Shown: positions 13,075 to 25,125 of the stretch, piece by piece
Layout: each line of letters starts with the position of its first letter
How positions within the stretch are numbered: position 1 is the stretch's first letter
Position numbers and translations under genes: made by a program
Assembly (NCBI GenBank): GCA_028534125.1
Contig: CM052818.1
Coordinates: 4,218,001-4,282,000, forward strand
DNA length: 64,000 bases
Direction of reading: 5' to 3'
From: Lama glama
Lineage: Eukaryota
Notes under the pieces: model-generated
Database searches by the model: none
What the model saw: the letters and a program-made list of their open reading frames with translations, nothing else
Told to the model about the DNA's origin: nothing

Positions 13075-13790
13075 TTTTTTTTTTAATTGAAGTATAGTGG
13101 ACAATGTTATGTTAGCTTCTGGTGTACAACAAAGTGATTCAGTTATAAATATATATATGTATATTCTTTTCCACTACGGTTTATTATAGGATATTGAATA
13201 GTTCCCCTTGCTATACAGCAGAACCTTGTTGTTTATTTTGTATGTAATTATTTGTATCCACTAATCCCAAACTCCTAATTTATCCCTCTCTCATCCCATT
13301 TTCCCTTTTGGTAACCTCAAGTTTGTTTTCTATGTATGTCTGTGTGTCTGTTTCTGTTTCATAAGTAAGTTCATTTGTATCCTATTTTAGATTCCACATA
13401 TAAAGGATATCATATAATATTTGTCTTTCTCTGTCTAACTTACATCAGTTATTATGATAATCTCTAGGTCCATCCATGTTGCTGCAAATGGCATTATTTC
13501 ATTCTTTTTTATGGCTGAGTAATATCCCATTGTGTACGTACCCCACATCTTTATCTAGTCATCTATCGATGGACATTTAGGTTGTTCCCATGTCTTGGCT
13601 GTTGTAAATAGTGCTGCTATGAAGATTGGAGTGCATGTATTTTTTGAATTGAAGTTTTCTCCAAATATATGCCCAGGAGTGGGGTTGCTGGATCACATGA
13701 AAACTCTAGTTTTAGTTTTTTAAGAAATGTCCGTACTGTTTTCCATAGTGGCAGCACCAATTTACATTCCCACCAACATTGTAAGAGGGT
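13075..13790 (-). mobile_element. L1 3' end (cetartiodactyl/camelid type)
   Basis: Poly-T, ttgaagtatag, ttagattccacatat, ctctaggtccatccatgttgctgcaaatggc. Confidence 0.9.
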
Positions 13791-13957
13791 TCAAAACGGG
13801 GCTTGTCGCATACCTTTATCTGTGGCTTTCATCCCACTCACTCCTTCATAAGTTCCAGTTAGCTGTCCACGAGCTCCCTGGTTTGTTGCCTCTTTGTCTT
13901 GCATTCCGTCTCCTCTGCATTTCAAGACAGTTCTCATGTTTGCTCTTCATCTCACTG

Positions 13958-14750
13958 TTTTTTTTTTAAACAGCTTTATTGAGGTATAATTTATATACCC
14001 TACAATTTACCCATCTAAAGTGTAAAATTCAATGATTTTTACTCTACTTATAAAGTTGTGCAACCACGACCACAAATGTTAACATTTTGATAACCCCCAA
14101 AAGAAACCCCATACCTTTTGGCAGTCCCTTCCCATCCCGCTACCCAAGCCGAAGCAACCATTAATCTACTTTCTATCTCTATATATTTGCCTATTCTAGA
14201 CATGTCATATAAATGGAACCCTATAATACATGGTCTTATGTGACTGGCTTCTTTCACTTGTTTCGAAGGTTCACCCATGTGGTACCACATATCAGAACTT
14301 TATATCTTTTTAGCACCAAATAATATTCCATTGTGTGGAGACAGCACATTTTATTTACCTGTTCATCAGGTGACAGACATTTGGATTATTTCTTCTTTTT
14401 TGGCTGTCAGGGATAATGCTGCTATGAGCATTCATGCAGTTTTTATGTGGACATATGCTTTTGTTTCTCTTGGGTCTGAACTTAGCAGTGGGATTTCTGG
14501 ATCATATGGTGACTCATGTTTAAACTTCTGAGGAACCACCAGAATGTTTTCCAAAGTAGCTACACCGTTTTATATTTCCCCAGCAATGTGGGAGATTTCC
14601 ATTTTTCTGCATGCTCCCCAATACTTGTTATCATCTCGCTTTTTTATTTTAGCTATCCTAGTGGGTGTGGAGTGGGTACTTCATGGTGGTCTTGATTTGC
14701 ATTCCCCTGATGGCTAATGATGTTGAGTATCTTTTCATGTGCTTAATGGC
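13958..14750 (-). mobile_element. Older L1 (L1MB/MC-like) 3' region
   Basis: aacagctttattgaggtataatt, atctactttctatctctatatatttgcctattctagaca, ttgatttgcattcccctgatggctaatgatgttgag. Confidence 0.85.
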
Positions 14751-15890
14751 TGGTTTGGTTTTCCAAAGCGAACGTTCTACTTCTTGAAACATCCAAAGAT
14801 GTAGCCACAGGGAACCTGCATTTCTACAAGACCACATTCACCTAAAACTTAAGCCTTCGATTTTAACTTGAATTCTATTACTTTGCTTTGGTTCCTTTAA
14901 GCCCTTCTTTAAGGGGAAACTGAGTCACATTGTGCCAAATATCATTCCAAGTTTTTCAGCAGTTTTTTCCCCTATACTTCTGCTCCACTGATGCCACCTT
15001 CTCCTGTCCCCTGTGTGGCAAATGTTTGCGTGATGCTGGGCAGGAAAACCTAAGTCACGTCTTACCAGTAGTGATCGGATCTGCTGGAGAGAATCATTTG
15101 CTGCCGGATCTCGCTCTCTCTTTCCCCATCGCATGCTCCAAGTTGTGGCTGCCAATGTTATCCACATCATGATCACTACTGTAGCAGGCCTTTTTTGCAG
15201 GGGTTTATAGCAGCGCTCTGCCCTACACTAGCTACTTCGCTGATGAGCATCAGAGAAACGTACAGTGAAGAAGGGGGATTCTGGGTTCTCCACAGTTCGA
15301 GTCTCTGAGTGAAGAACAGACTCCAGAATAGACACAACGTGGATGTCCACCTATGTCGGGAGGCCTCTGTCTCTGAGACAAAGCCGGGGAGGTTTCTCTG
15401 AACCCAGGTCCTTGTGCAGCAGGACAGCACCCTGCTGATCAGTAAGCGTCTCCTTATGGGTTACAGAGCGGAGCTTTGCTGCTAGCGCTGGCCAGATGGC
15501 TTTGCTCTTGTTGTTCTTAACAGAATTCACTGTACGATGGAAGACGGAAAATAAACAAAGAGAAGTCTGGAGCCTCTTGGCATTGGAGTTGAAACTAAAG
15601 AGGCTTTCCATTTCACTGTGTAACAATAACAACAAGAAAATCTTAGGCTATAGAGAAGTGGCCGAGGATCGGCCTCCTTCTGCTGTGTCTCCCACCACCC
15701 TTGAAGAGTTGCTTGGTGAAATGTGAAGGCGTTGCCCCTGGTGGCAGATCCCCGAATCTAACCTCTTTCTTTCTCAGCAGTGAGTGAGGAGTCAGGGAGG
15801 AAAGAGGGCAGTGGGAGGGACGTTTCCTAAGCAGGCGATCGAAGTCATTGTCCATAGAGAATTTGAAAACTAGAATAAAACTAAAAGCCA

Positions 15891-15954
15891 TCTTCTCCTC
15901 CTCCGCCTCCTCCGCCTCCTCCGCCTCCTCTGCCTCCTCCTCCTCCTCTTCCTC

Positions 15955-15997
<43 letters not shown>

Positions 15998-16002
15998 TTC
16001 TT

Positions 16003-16076
<74 letters not shown>
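15891..16076. repeat. Compound trinucleotide microsatellite (CCTCCTCCG)n-(CCT)n-(CTT)n-(ATT)n
   Basis: Read directly from the sequence. Confidence 0.98.
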
Positions 16077-16584
16077 GACCACACATGATAACTTTAAATA
16101 ATGTCTGTGCTAAAACACTCCTCCCCCTCAGCTGGACCACTTTCAGCCCCCACCTTGGTCCGTCCCTGCAACCCCTGCTGGTTATGATCCCACTTCAGCC
16201 ACCTAAGAATTCCCTCCTTGCTGTGGAATCTGCCCAGGGCTCGTGTATTTTGACTGACTGCACAACCCACCTGAAAATATCAGCCCCATCCCCAACACCA
16301 TCTATCTGTCCATCCAGCTATCTATCTATCTGTCTATCGATAATTTTTTTCCCTTTGGCTAAGGGATTCAGGACTTCCTCTTATCTAACTATCTATCCAT
16401 CTATCATCTATCTACTGATAATTTTTTTTCTTTGGCTATGGGAAAAAGACAAGTTAGCAGACTCTCAAACTGCGACCAACCATCAGAACCAACATCAGAG
16501 AACCTGGCAGAAGTGAGATCAGTTATGAGCAGGGCACGTCCACCTCCCGGCTCAGGCCTGGAGGAAAGAGGCTCTGAGCCAAAT

Positions 16585-16990
16585 GTTGCCATTCGCAGCA
16601 GCGTAGATGGACTTAGACAGCATTACACTAAGTGAAACAAGTCAGACAGAGAAACACAAATACTGTTTGATATCACTTATATGTGGAATTTAAAAAATAC
16701 AACTAGCAAATGTAACAAAAAGGAGACGACTCACAGATGTAGAGAACAAACTAGTGGTTGCCAGCGGGAGAGGGTGTTGGGGACGGGCAGTAAGGAAGTA
16801 AGGGATTAAAAGGTACAAACTATTAGGTATAAAATAAGGATACATGGTACAATACAGGGAAAATAGCCAATATTTTATAATAACTATAAATGGAGTATAA
16901 CTTTTAAAAATTATAAATCACTGTATTGCACAGCTGTAACTTACATATTATTGAACATCAACTATACTTCAATGAAAAAATAAATAAAAG
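16585..16990 (+). mobile_element. L1 3' end
   Basis: ttgccattcgcagcagc...aagtcagacagagaaacacaaatactg...tcaactatacttcaat plus A-tail. Confidence 0.85.
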
Positions 16991-17234
16991 ATCACTTTGG
17001 CATCCACACTGAGGGCCAAGGAAGATGAGATAAGAGGGCCCAGCTCAAGTAGGCAGAAAGGAGAAAAAAAGGGCAAACTGAAGGGTGAGGAAGGAAGGGC
17101 AGGAACAGAGACTTCAGAGGCTGACTGCAACGGTGCCGGCGAGAGGGGATGGTGGGCTGGATCCGTGTGGACCGGCCGGCACACCACCCACGGCCGTGCA
17201 GTTGACACGTTGCAGAAGCAGCAGCCTCATGGGT

Positions 17235-17625
17235 AGGCAAGGACGATGCGGTGGCTCATCCCCGAGAAAACTGTGAACTCCTCAAATGGGTTCAACAAAG
17301 CGTATTTAAAGACCAGGTTAGGGAGGGGTGGTGGGTTACAGGGTCCGTGATCAACAAGGTACACAGTTCTCTTATTAGCTGATGTTGCGGGAACAGGGCA
17401 GTCAATACTCTCAACCTCTAGGCGCCAGAAGGTCTGGGAGCCACGTGCTCTCCATCATCAAGCAGTTAATGTCTTCCCTTTGGCGGTGGTTTTTAGCATC
17501 TGAAAAACTCAGAAAATATACATGAGATACTATGATCTGGGTGCTTCAGAGAGGAGCTGCCGCAGGGGATGCAGGGGAGGGGTCTGTCCCCGGAAGGCCC
17601 CACAGAAGGATCCTGCTCAGTTACA
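17235..17625 (-). mobile_element. Partial ERV1-type solo LTR, related to the LTR at 20472-20948
   Basis: Aligns by eye with 20565-20948 (agaaggtctggg...ccacgtgctc, ttttagcatctgaa, cttcagagaggagct, tcctgctc.gttaca). Confidence 0.75.
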
Positions 17626-18469
17626 AGAATATAATTTTCACTGGTGAGATGATGTGCCCTGAATAGCCCTTGATGCTCTATTTCATGCGACTTAATAAGA
17701 AAGTAAGCAGATAGCTAATAAGTTAACGTGGCCAATGTCGGCTCCAACTAGGGGAACAGGAGGGACATGCCGTTCTTTGTTTAAAAGGACTATGAGGCTG
17801 CATAGTTGGGCCGGCTGGGGAGGGGCATGGACCGGAGTAAGGAAGGGCGCTATCTGTCCGCAAAGCAGTGCAGGACTGAGATGCTGAGGGCGGTGACAAA
17901 CTCGGGACCACAAACCAGTGGTGTGGTTGAAAGAGCCCCTCTTGCCCAGCCAGTGGCCCAGCACGTGGGCAAACAATGACACACCCATTTTATCAGCTTG
18001 GACGAACTGGAGGAAGGAAGTGGTATTGTGGGAGGGGCAGAGTTACAATCCTGACACGGAGACCAGAGAAAGGGATTCAAGCTGCAGAATGGCAAACTTG
18101 TAGTCTTCTGTCTACCTGGGGTTTTGCTACAAGGAAATCCAATCCGATGGTCCTAGAACTGTGTCGTTAAGCCCACCCTGGACTGCTCCGTCAGCCAGCT
18201 TCTACTCCCTGAAGATCACGAGACGCTCAGCAGGGCACAGTCAGACCAGGAAGCGACAAAGGCAGCTGATTTCATCAGTGATATGAAACCCACGCTTCAC
18301 GCTGAGTGTTCACACATAAAACAGCCAGTCCCTGCTGGGGGAAGGGAAGAGTTTGTGCGAGCACATAACTGCACTTTAAATCAATTCCACACGTTGGCAA
18401 AGAGGATATGTGACTTTCATTCACATTGCAATTCCATTTTCCCCGCATGATTTTCATCACGACCTTGTA

Positions 18470-18545
18470 TTACTCATCCCATTTTACAGATAAGAAAACT
18501 GAGGCATGGACTGGAGAAGTAACTTACATAAGGATCAGGTCAGCA
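18470..18545 (-). mobile_element. MIR fragment
   Basis: cccattttacagataagaaaactgaggc. Confidence 0.7.
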
Positions 18546-18958
18546 ATCTATCTTCTGCCCATGTTACAGACCTTAATAGTTGAAAATATACACTACAATC
18601 CTTAAAATGAAGTATAAAATTCAAAATAAAACAAAGAATTAATTTCTGATTGTTAATTCTGATGGTGAATAGAGGAAATGAATTTTAGCCAGTTTCCTAA
18701 AGGCCACACTTTACATATTACTCAAAAAAAGAAGTTTTGTTTAGGAAATTTTAAGTAATGGTTACAAAGTAAAACTTGTACACATTTTGAAACACATTTA
18801 AGCATCCAGTACAAAGTAAAACTTGTACACATTTGAAGACATAACTTTTTCCGAAGTAAATATAGAGTTCGTAGTAGTTAAAGTTGTCACAGAGAAGTTC
18901 CATGTGACATTTGGGGCAGGAAAAAAGAATGAAGACTTTAATCCACAAGAAGACTTTG

Positions 18959-19025
18959 CATGTACCAGAAATTAACACAATATTGTAAATCGACTATACT
19001 ATACTTCAAGTAAAAAAAAAAAAAC
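18959..19025 (+). mobile_element. Extremely 5'-truncated L1 (~65 bp) with TSD
   Basis: accagaaattaacacaatattgtaaatcgactatact plus poly-A; TSD agactttg at 18951-18958 and 19026-19033. Confidence 0.85.
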
Positions 19026-20029
19026 AGACTTTGAAGCCTCAGGATGTCTTAAGCGTTTCTGCACTCAAGTCTGTGATCACAGCTGGCTTTCTCTAAAATC
19101 TTGTTTCAGCTTTGAAAGATAATGTTGGTGAAGCAGAGGAGTCTAGTGGGTTCATCTCTAAATAATCCAAAACATCTGGTGGGGCACTGAGGTAAGTGTA
19201 TCAGAAAATAGCCCAGGTGTTGTAGAGCCACAGAGATTTTACCTATTTTGCTAAAGGACATTTGAATCTGGGAGGTGGGACAATGCTGAGAGCTGACTGC
19301 GGTCCTCATGCACCAAGAACTTGCCCTTTTTACATGATTCCAATAACAAGGTGATTATGGCCCCTACTGGGAGGAATTTGATCTCTGTCCATAGCAAAGC
19401 TTCCAAAGCAGTGTAAGAGCTATTTTTATTTAAACAAACAAACCAACAAAAACAGTTTGAAATGTGTCCATGTCTTCAAACTGTTCTGGCTCAGCTTCAT
19501 TTCTCTGCCCCATCAAATCTGGACCCCCAGTTTACTGTGGAAGCTCATCAGAGTGGCTAAGGGACAGCATTGCTGTCTGATTCCTGCAGTTTTAACGATG
19601 GGACCTTTCCTGTCTAGGTGGATGATTTCTAGAAACGGGTCCTGATCAGTCAGCTGATAGCACACAGGAAGTCATTCGGGCTTTTCACCAAAGTCATTAC
19701 TTTGATCTTTGAATAACATTTCAAGGTGCCTTCTCACAGTAAGCATGGACTTAAGATCAGCAGACCTAACAGGTCAGCCCTGGACTGTCTGACATCACTG
19801 GTGCTGAATCAGTGAGCCAGGGGCCAAAGGGTGCTCCGTAGGCCCGGACTGATGGGGGCTGGACACCAATCCCTGCCCTGTGTCACTGTGATTTCTGAAG
19901 CTCAGGCTTCTCATCTACAAGCACCAGGTGATAATGTCCACCATGAGCTATTCTTGTGAGGATTAGGTTTCATGTGGGTACAGCGCTGGGACACATGCTA
20001 ACTTTCCTTAAGACAATATCCAACAAGGA

Positions 20030-20970
20030 TGTGGAAGGCAGAATATTGCCCTCCCTGCAAAGAGGTCCACGTCTTAATCTGCAGAACTTGAGAATGTGGA
20101 AAAGGACTTTACAGGTGTGACTAAGTCAAGGATCTTGAGATGGGAACACCATCCTGGACTATTTCAGGTGGGCTCAGTGTAATCACACCAGGCCTGATAA
20201 GAAGGAAGCAGAGGGAAATGATGTAAGTGAGGAAGCAGAGGTCAGAATAAGATAAGAAAGGGGCCTTGAGCCAAGGAGAGCAGATGACCTCCAGAAGCTG
20301 GAAAAGGTAAGGGGTCAGATCCTCCTGTCAGAGCCCCCAGAGGAAACAGCCTTGCTGACACCTTGACTTTCACCCAGTGAGACCAGTTTTGGAGTTCTGA
20401 TCTCCAGTACAATCGGAGAATACATCCAGGTTGTTTTAAGCCACTGTGTTTGTGATAATTTGTTACAGTCATGTTACCAAATTCAAGTTTGGGTGCCCAA
20501 TGTACCATGAGGCCAAGAAACCAAAATGTCAGAGTCTGGAACAGAGCAAGATTCACTGCAGGGCTCAGCAAGGAGGATGGGGTGGCTTGTGCCCAAGAAA
20601 ACCCTGAACCCCCTGAAGGGTTTCAGCAAAGCTTATTTAAAGGCCAGGTGGGGGGAGGGGGTCACAAGGCATGTGATCAGCTTGTGCACAATCCTCTGAT
20701 TGGCTGATGTTGACGGAAGAGGGTGGTCAAAATTATCAGTCCATAAGCATCAGAAGGTCTGGGGCCACGTGCTCATGATCATCTAGTAGTTAATTTCTTC
20801 CCTTTGCTGGTGACTTTTAGCATCTGAACAACTCAGGAGATAATATAATGAGATACTATTATCTGAGTACTTCAGAGAGGAGCTACAGCAGAGGATGGTG
20901 GTGGGGGATCTGTCCTGGGAAGGCCCCACAGGGTCCTGCTCCGTTACAGTAGCAGGTCAAAACTCATACA
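20030..20970 (+). mobile_element. MLT1D-like MaLR LTR, interrupted near its 3' end by an ERV LTR
   Basis: aaaaggactttacaggtgtgactaag, gaagctggaaaagg, gctgacaccttgacttt, gttgttttaagccact; terminal aaaactcataca resumes after 20948. Confidence 0.8.
20472..20948 (-). mobile_element. ERV1-type solo LTR nested in MLT1
   Basis: TG...CA termini (tgttacc...gttaca); CCAAT on the minus strand (gattgg at ~20698) and tttaaataa TATA-like sequence; homologous to 17235-17625. Confidence 0.75.
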
Positions 20971-21139
20971 AAAGTTATAAAACTGACTTTCTTGGGTGGT
21001 TCATGAGCTGGCTCTGGAGGCAATTCTCAACAAAATAATTCTCCCATTTTTTCAGAACAAGATTATCACATAGTCATGACGTACCTATTCCAGGGTACAG
21101 AGTGGGAAGAACGAGGCCCTAGAAAGCAGACCCAGGAGC

Positions 21140-21300
21140 GGTGATTCTCAGTCTCTTCTGTGATTTTGAATTATTAGGGTTCTTGTTAAAATGAACATTC
21201 TGATTCAGGAGGTCTCTGCTGAGGCCTGAGACAGTGCATCCCTAACTTGTTCCAGATGGTTCAGTGGTGGTCCCCAGATCACTCTTTGAGTAGCCAGGCT
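21140..21300. mobile_element. MER5-like hAT-Charlie element
   Basis: cttgttaaaatg...ttctgattcaggaggtct...gaggcctgaga...actctttgagtagc. Confidence 0.65.
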
Positions 21301-21330
21301 GTAGAGGACCAACTCAAAGGGAACACCCTG

Positions 21331-22028
21331 TTTTTTTAATTGAAGTATAGTGAATTTACAATACGGTGTTAGTTTCAAGTATACAACAATTCGGTTATAT
21401 ATATTTTTCAGATTATTTTCTGATAGTTTATCACAAGATATTGCATATAGTTTCCTGTGCTGTACAGTAAATCCTTATTGCTTATCTATTTGATATATAG
21501 TAGTTTATATGTGTTAATCCCATACTCCTAATGTATCCTTCCCCACTCCTTTTCCCCTTTGGTAACTATAAATTTGTTTTCTATGTCTGAGTCTGTTTCT
21601 GTTTTGTGTATAGATTCATTTGTATTATTTTTTTAGATTCCTCATACAAGTAATATACAATATTTGTCTTTCTCTGACTTACTTCACTAAGTATAATATT
21701 CTGTAGTTTCATTCATGTTTGTGCAGATGGCAAGATTCCATTCTTTTTTATGGCCGAGTAATATTCCATTGTGTGTATATGAATACATACACACCTTCTT
21801 AAGCAATCATCTATAGCTTCCATGTCTTGGCTATTTTAAATAGTGCTGCTATGAACATTTGGGTGCACATATCTTTTCAAATTAGAGTTTTTGTCTTTTC
21901 TGGATATATATCAAGGAGTAGGATTGCTGGATCATATGGTAAGTGTATTTTTAGTTTTTTAAGGAACCTCCATACTTTTTTCCACAATGGCTGCACCACT
22001 ATAAATTCCCAATGACAGTGTAGGAAGG
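21331..22028 (-). mobile_element. L1 3' end
   Basis: Poly-T, ttgaagtatag; minus-strand peptide QPLWKKVWRFLKKLKIHLPYDPAILLLDIYP is the ORF2 C-terminus. Confidence 0.92.
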
Positions 22029-23483
22029 CGGAGGGAACACATTTGATTGTCACACAAGAGACTCCTTTAATGGGCCTGCTTTTAACCATCTTCCCAACTC
22101 TGTCCAGTCCCTATAAAAATCCTTGGTAGGCTTCCAAGGTCCACCGAGAACCCAGGACTGGTAGCACATCATTCACTTTTACTCCCACCAAGTGAGCTGT
22201 ACATAATAACTCAGTTGAATCTGTTCCCAAGTGAATGCATCCCAGGGTAATAAAAGCTGTCCTTATTATTCTAATTATAGGATGAAGCTGATTACCTAAA
22301 CCATGCAATATGAATGCAAAGAAAAAAAAAGAGCTTTTTCTCTGAAAATTAAGTTAATGGCTTTGGGAAGAGAGAATAAATGTATATCGCTATAAAATAT
22401 GTCAAATAACGTGGGGGTAAGAGTAAGGGGGAATCATAAAAATCTCTACACTCAGAATGCTTTAAACCATGCCTTTAAAATTTCACTCCCATTGTAAGAA
22501 AACCAAAACTTTCCTGCCAGGGCATTGCAGGTAAGATTTAGACCAGAAAAGCTGTGGGGATATGCACCTGATTTTTCAGTGGAAACTTAAAAGGACAGTG
22601 ATGCTGTCACTCTCAATGGCGGTGATGGCATACTTACTGACATTTCAGACCTTTGGCCTTTCTTGCACAAAACTGCAGTATTATCTGCCACTCCTGTCAA
22701 GCTTCAGCACCACAAGCCTGTCAGATGCTGTGATTAATCTCTGTCTTTTGCGGGGGATGAATCTGCATCTCAAAAAGAAAGGGGTGAATTGACTCGGTTC
22801 TAAAGGCAGGAAAAGCCTCTCCATCCTGGGCCAGCCTCAGCGACCCAGGGTTGTTCGGCTGAACAACAGAATGTCACGTTCTGACATTTAAAGAGAGGAA
22901 AACAGCCACATGTATTATTCAACCAGCATCAAAGAGTAAATTGAAATATCAGCTGGGGCAAAACCACACCAGGTTGAAGGAAGTCTGGGTTGGAAAATTA
23001 TTCTATAACGTAGGATATAGATGCCTATCTGAGATGGTCCTTGACCCCAGCGTGGTTTCTCATCAATGCAAGTGCTACCTCAAAATGACATCATGTGGTT
23101 GAGAGTTTGAATAAAACTATATATACATTTTCGATCTTTTTGTGCTCGATGGTTGAAACTGCAGTTTCATATGATTATGAAGTTACTTCTGGGCAGGAAG
23201 GATGTTGGCCTAAGCTCCAGGAAAGGCTAGATGCAAATAAGGCTTCCAGAAGCAAATAAGCCCAGGACCCCTGTCAGCCTTCTCTCTAGCCACACTGACT
23301 CACCACAGTATTCCCGTCCATCGTAAAGGATGTACATCTGGGGAGAAGCCACAGCATGTAAGAGTTAGGCACAATTTCCATGTATGGAGATATCCCACAA
23401 GGTTCCGTGGGTGTTCCAGAGGAGACCTCGCTGAACAGCTCTCCTCCTCTTCTATGTACTTCATCTTTCCTTTTGCTTCTTTT

Positions 23484-23614
23484 AATTTTTTTGTTTATTT
23501 TTATTTTTTATTGAAGTATAGTCAATTTACAATGTGTTAGTTTCTGGTGTACAGCATAGTGATTCAGATAGACAGAAAGATAGATAGATAAATAGAAAGA
23601 AAGAAAGATAGATA

Positions 23615-23683
<69 letters not shown>

Positions 23684-24168
23684 TCCTTTTCATGTTCTTT
23701 TTCATTATAGCCTATTACTAAGTAGTAATGGAATATAGTTCCCTGTGCTATACAGTAGGGCCAAGTTGCTTATCTGTTTTATATACAGTAGTTAGTATCT
23801 GCAAATCCCGAACTCCCAATTTATCCCTCGCCACCCCCTTCCCCGCCAGGAACCGTAAGTTTGCTTTCTCTGTCTGTGAGTCTGTTTGATAAAGAAATTG
23901 TGCTATGTATATGTGTGTGTGTGTGTATATATGTGTGTGTGTGTTATATATGTATATACACACACATTGTACATATGTACAATGAAATGTTTTTCATCCA
24001 TAAAAAAGAATGGAATACATCCATGTGCAGCAACTTGGATGGACCTGGAGATTGTCATACTATGTGAAGTCATACTAAGTGAAGGAAGCCGGAAAGAGAA
24101 AGAAAAATATCATATACTATCACTTATATGTGGATATCTAAAAAAAAAAAAAGGACACAAGTGAACTC
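23484..24168 (-). mobile_element. 5'-inverted (twin-primed) L1 insertion
   Basis: Minus-strand 3' end 23484-23887 joined to plus-strand upstream segment 23888-24168; TSD cttctttt at 23476-23483 and 24169-24176. Confidence 0.8.
23566..23683. repeat. (GATA)n tetranucleotide microsatellite within an L1 tail
   Basis: Read directly; imperfect at left, long pure run at right. Confidence 0.95.
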
Positions 24169-24559
24169 CTTCTTTTGAAATGGGTTACAAGGGACAGTGG
24201 GAACCAAGACTCAATAAGAGCAAACCAACAAACAAACTGAGCCTTCTGATTCAAGTTGACAAACTACATATATGCCTTTCTCTCTGTGCCCTCCTCAAAT
24301 CCCATGTAAATGACGCTAAAGAAAGACAAGGAAGAATGGAGCTCATAGAAGATCAGTGGATGAAGGATTTTCATGGCTCTCTGGAAGCCAGTCAATGGGT
24401 AGAATGACACGGAGGGATACACACTGGCAGGAGGGACGTCAGCTCAGCACATGCCCAAGAGAAGGCTGCAGCAGGACTCAGGGATGGCAGGGGCCCTGGA
24501 CTCAGGGATGCAGGTGTGAAAATGACTGAACAAATGCCTATGGTATCAACAGTGGGGTA

Positions 24560-24945
24560 GGTTCACTGTCCTGTCCCCTCTCCTCACCCATGCACACAAC
24601 AAGTCCACGGGAGGATGATTCCAGGGTGGTTAATTTCAGGGCTCTGGGATACCCCTGGGCACCAGATCCTTTCCACCTCTCAGTCCCACCCTGCTCACTG
24701 TGTCACTTCATCCCACCTCCACAAGATGCCGCAGCAGCTCCGTCCTCTCACCTAGACGTGACAACATCTGGGGGAAGCAGCAAGAATGGCCCTCATTCTT
24801 CCTTGCATCTCTTTTAAGAGCAAGAACTCTTTTCCCAGAAATGCCCCAAACAAACCTCCCATCACATCTCATTAGCCAGAACAGGGTCACGTGTCCACTC
24901 TAAACCAATCACTGGCAAGAGAAATGGGATTTCTGGGGCGGATTG
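24560..24945. mobile_element. MLT1J/K-like MaLR LTR fragment
   Basis: cacatctcattagccagaacagggtcacgtgtccactctaaaccaatcactggcaag. Confidence 0.6.
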
Positions 24946-24947
24946 AG

Positions 24948-25125
24948 AGCAGCATTTCTCAAAGCTGAGTAATGCGTCAGAATTGCCCAGAGAATTTGTT
25001 AAAACACCCATCACTGGGCACCACCGCATAGGTTTTGATTCAGTAGGTTTCCAGGCGGGGCCGGAGAAGCTGCTTTCCGGCAGGGTTCCCAGGAGGTGCT
25101 GATGGTGATCACTGGGTTTGAGGAG
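24948..25125. mobile_element. MER5A hAT-Charlie element
   Basis: gcagcatttctcaaagctgag...tttgttaaaacac...tgattcagtaggt...ggtgctgatg. Confidence 0.75.

Noticed and set aside
15643..16140. Poly-Lys/Glu/Arg/Phe ORFs
   Set aside because: Translations of the triplet microsatellite.
17235..20948. Two similar co-oriented LTRs as the ends of one provirus
   Set aside because: Visibly diverged from each other, no gag/pol/env or primer-binding site seen between them, and the second is nested inside an MLT1; these are independent insertions.
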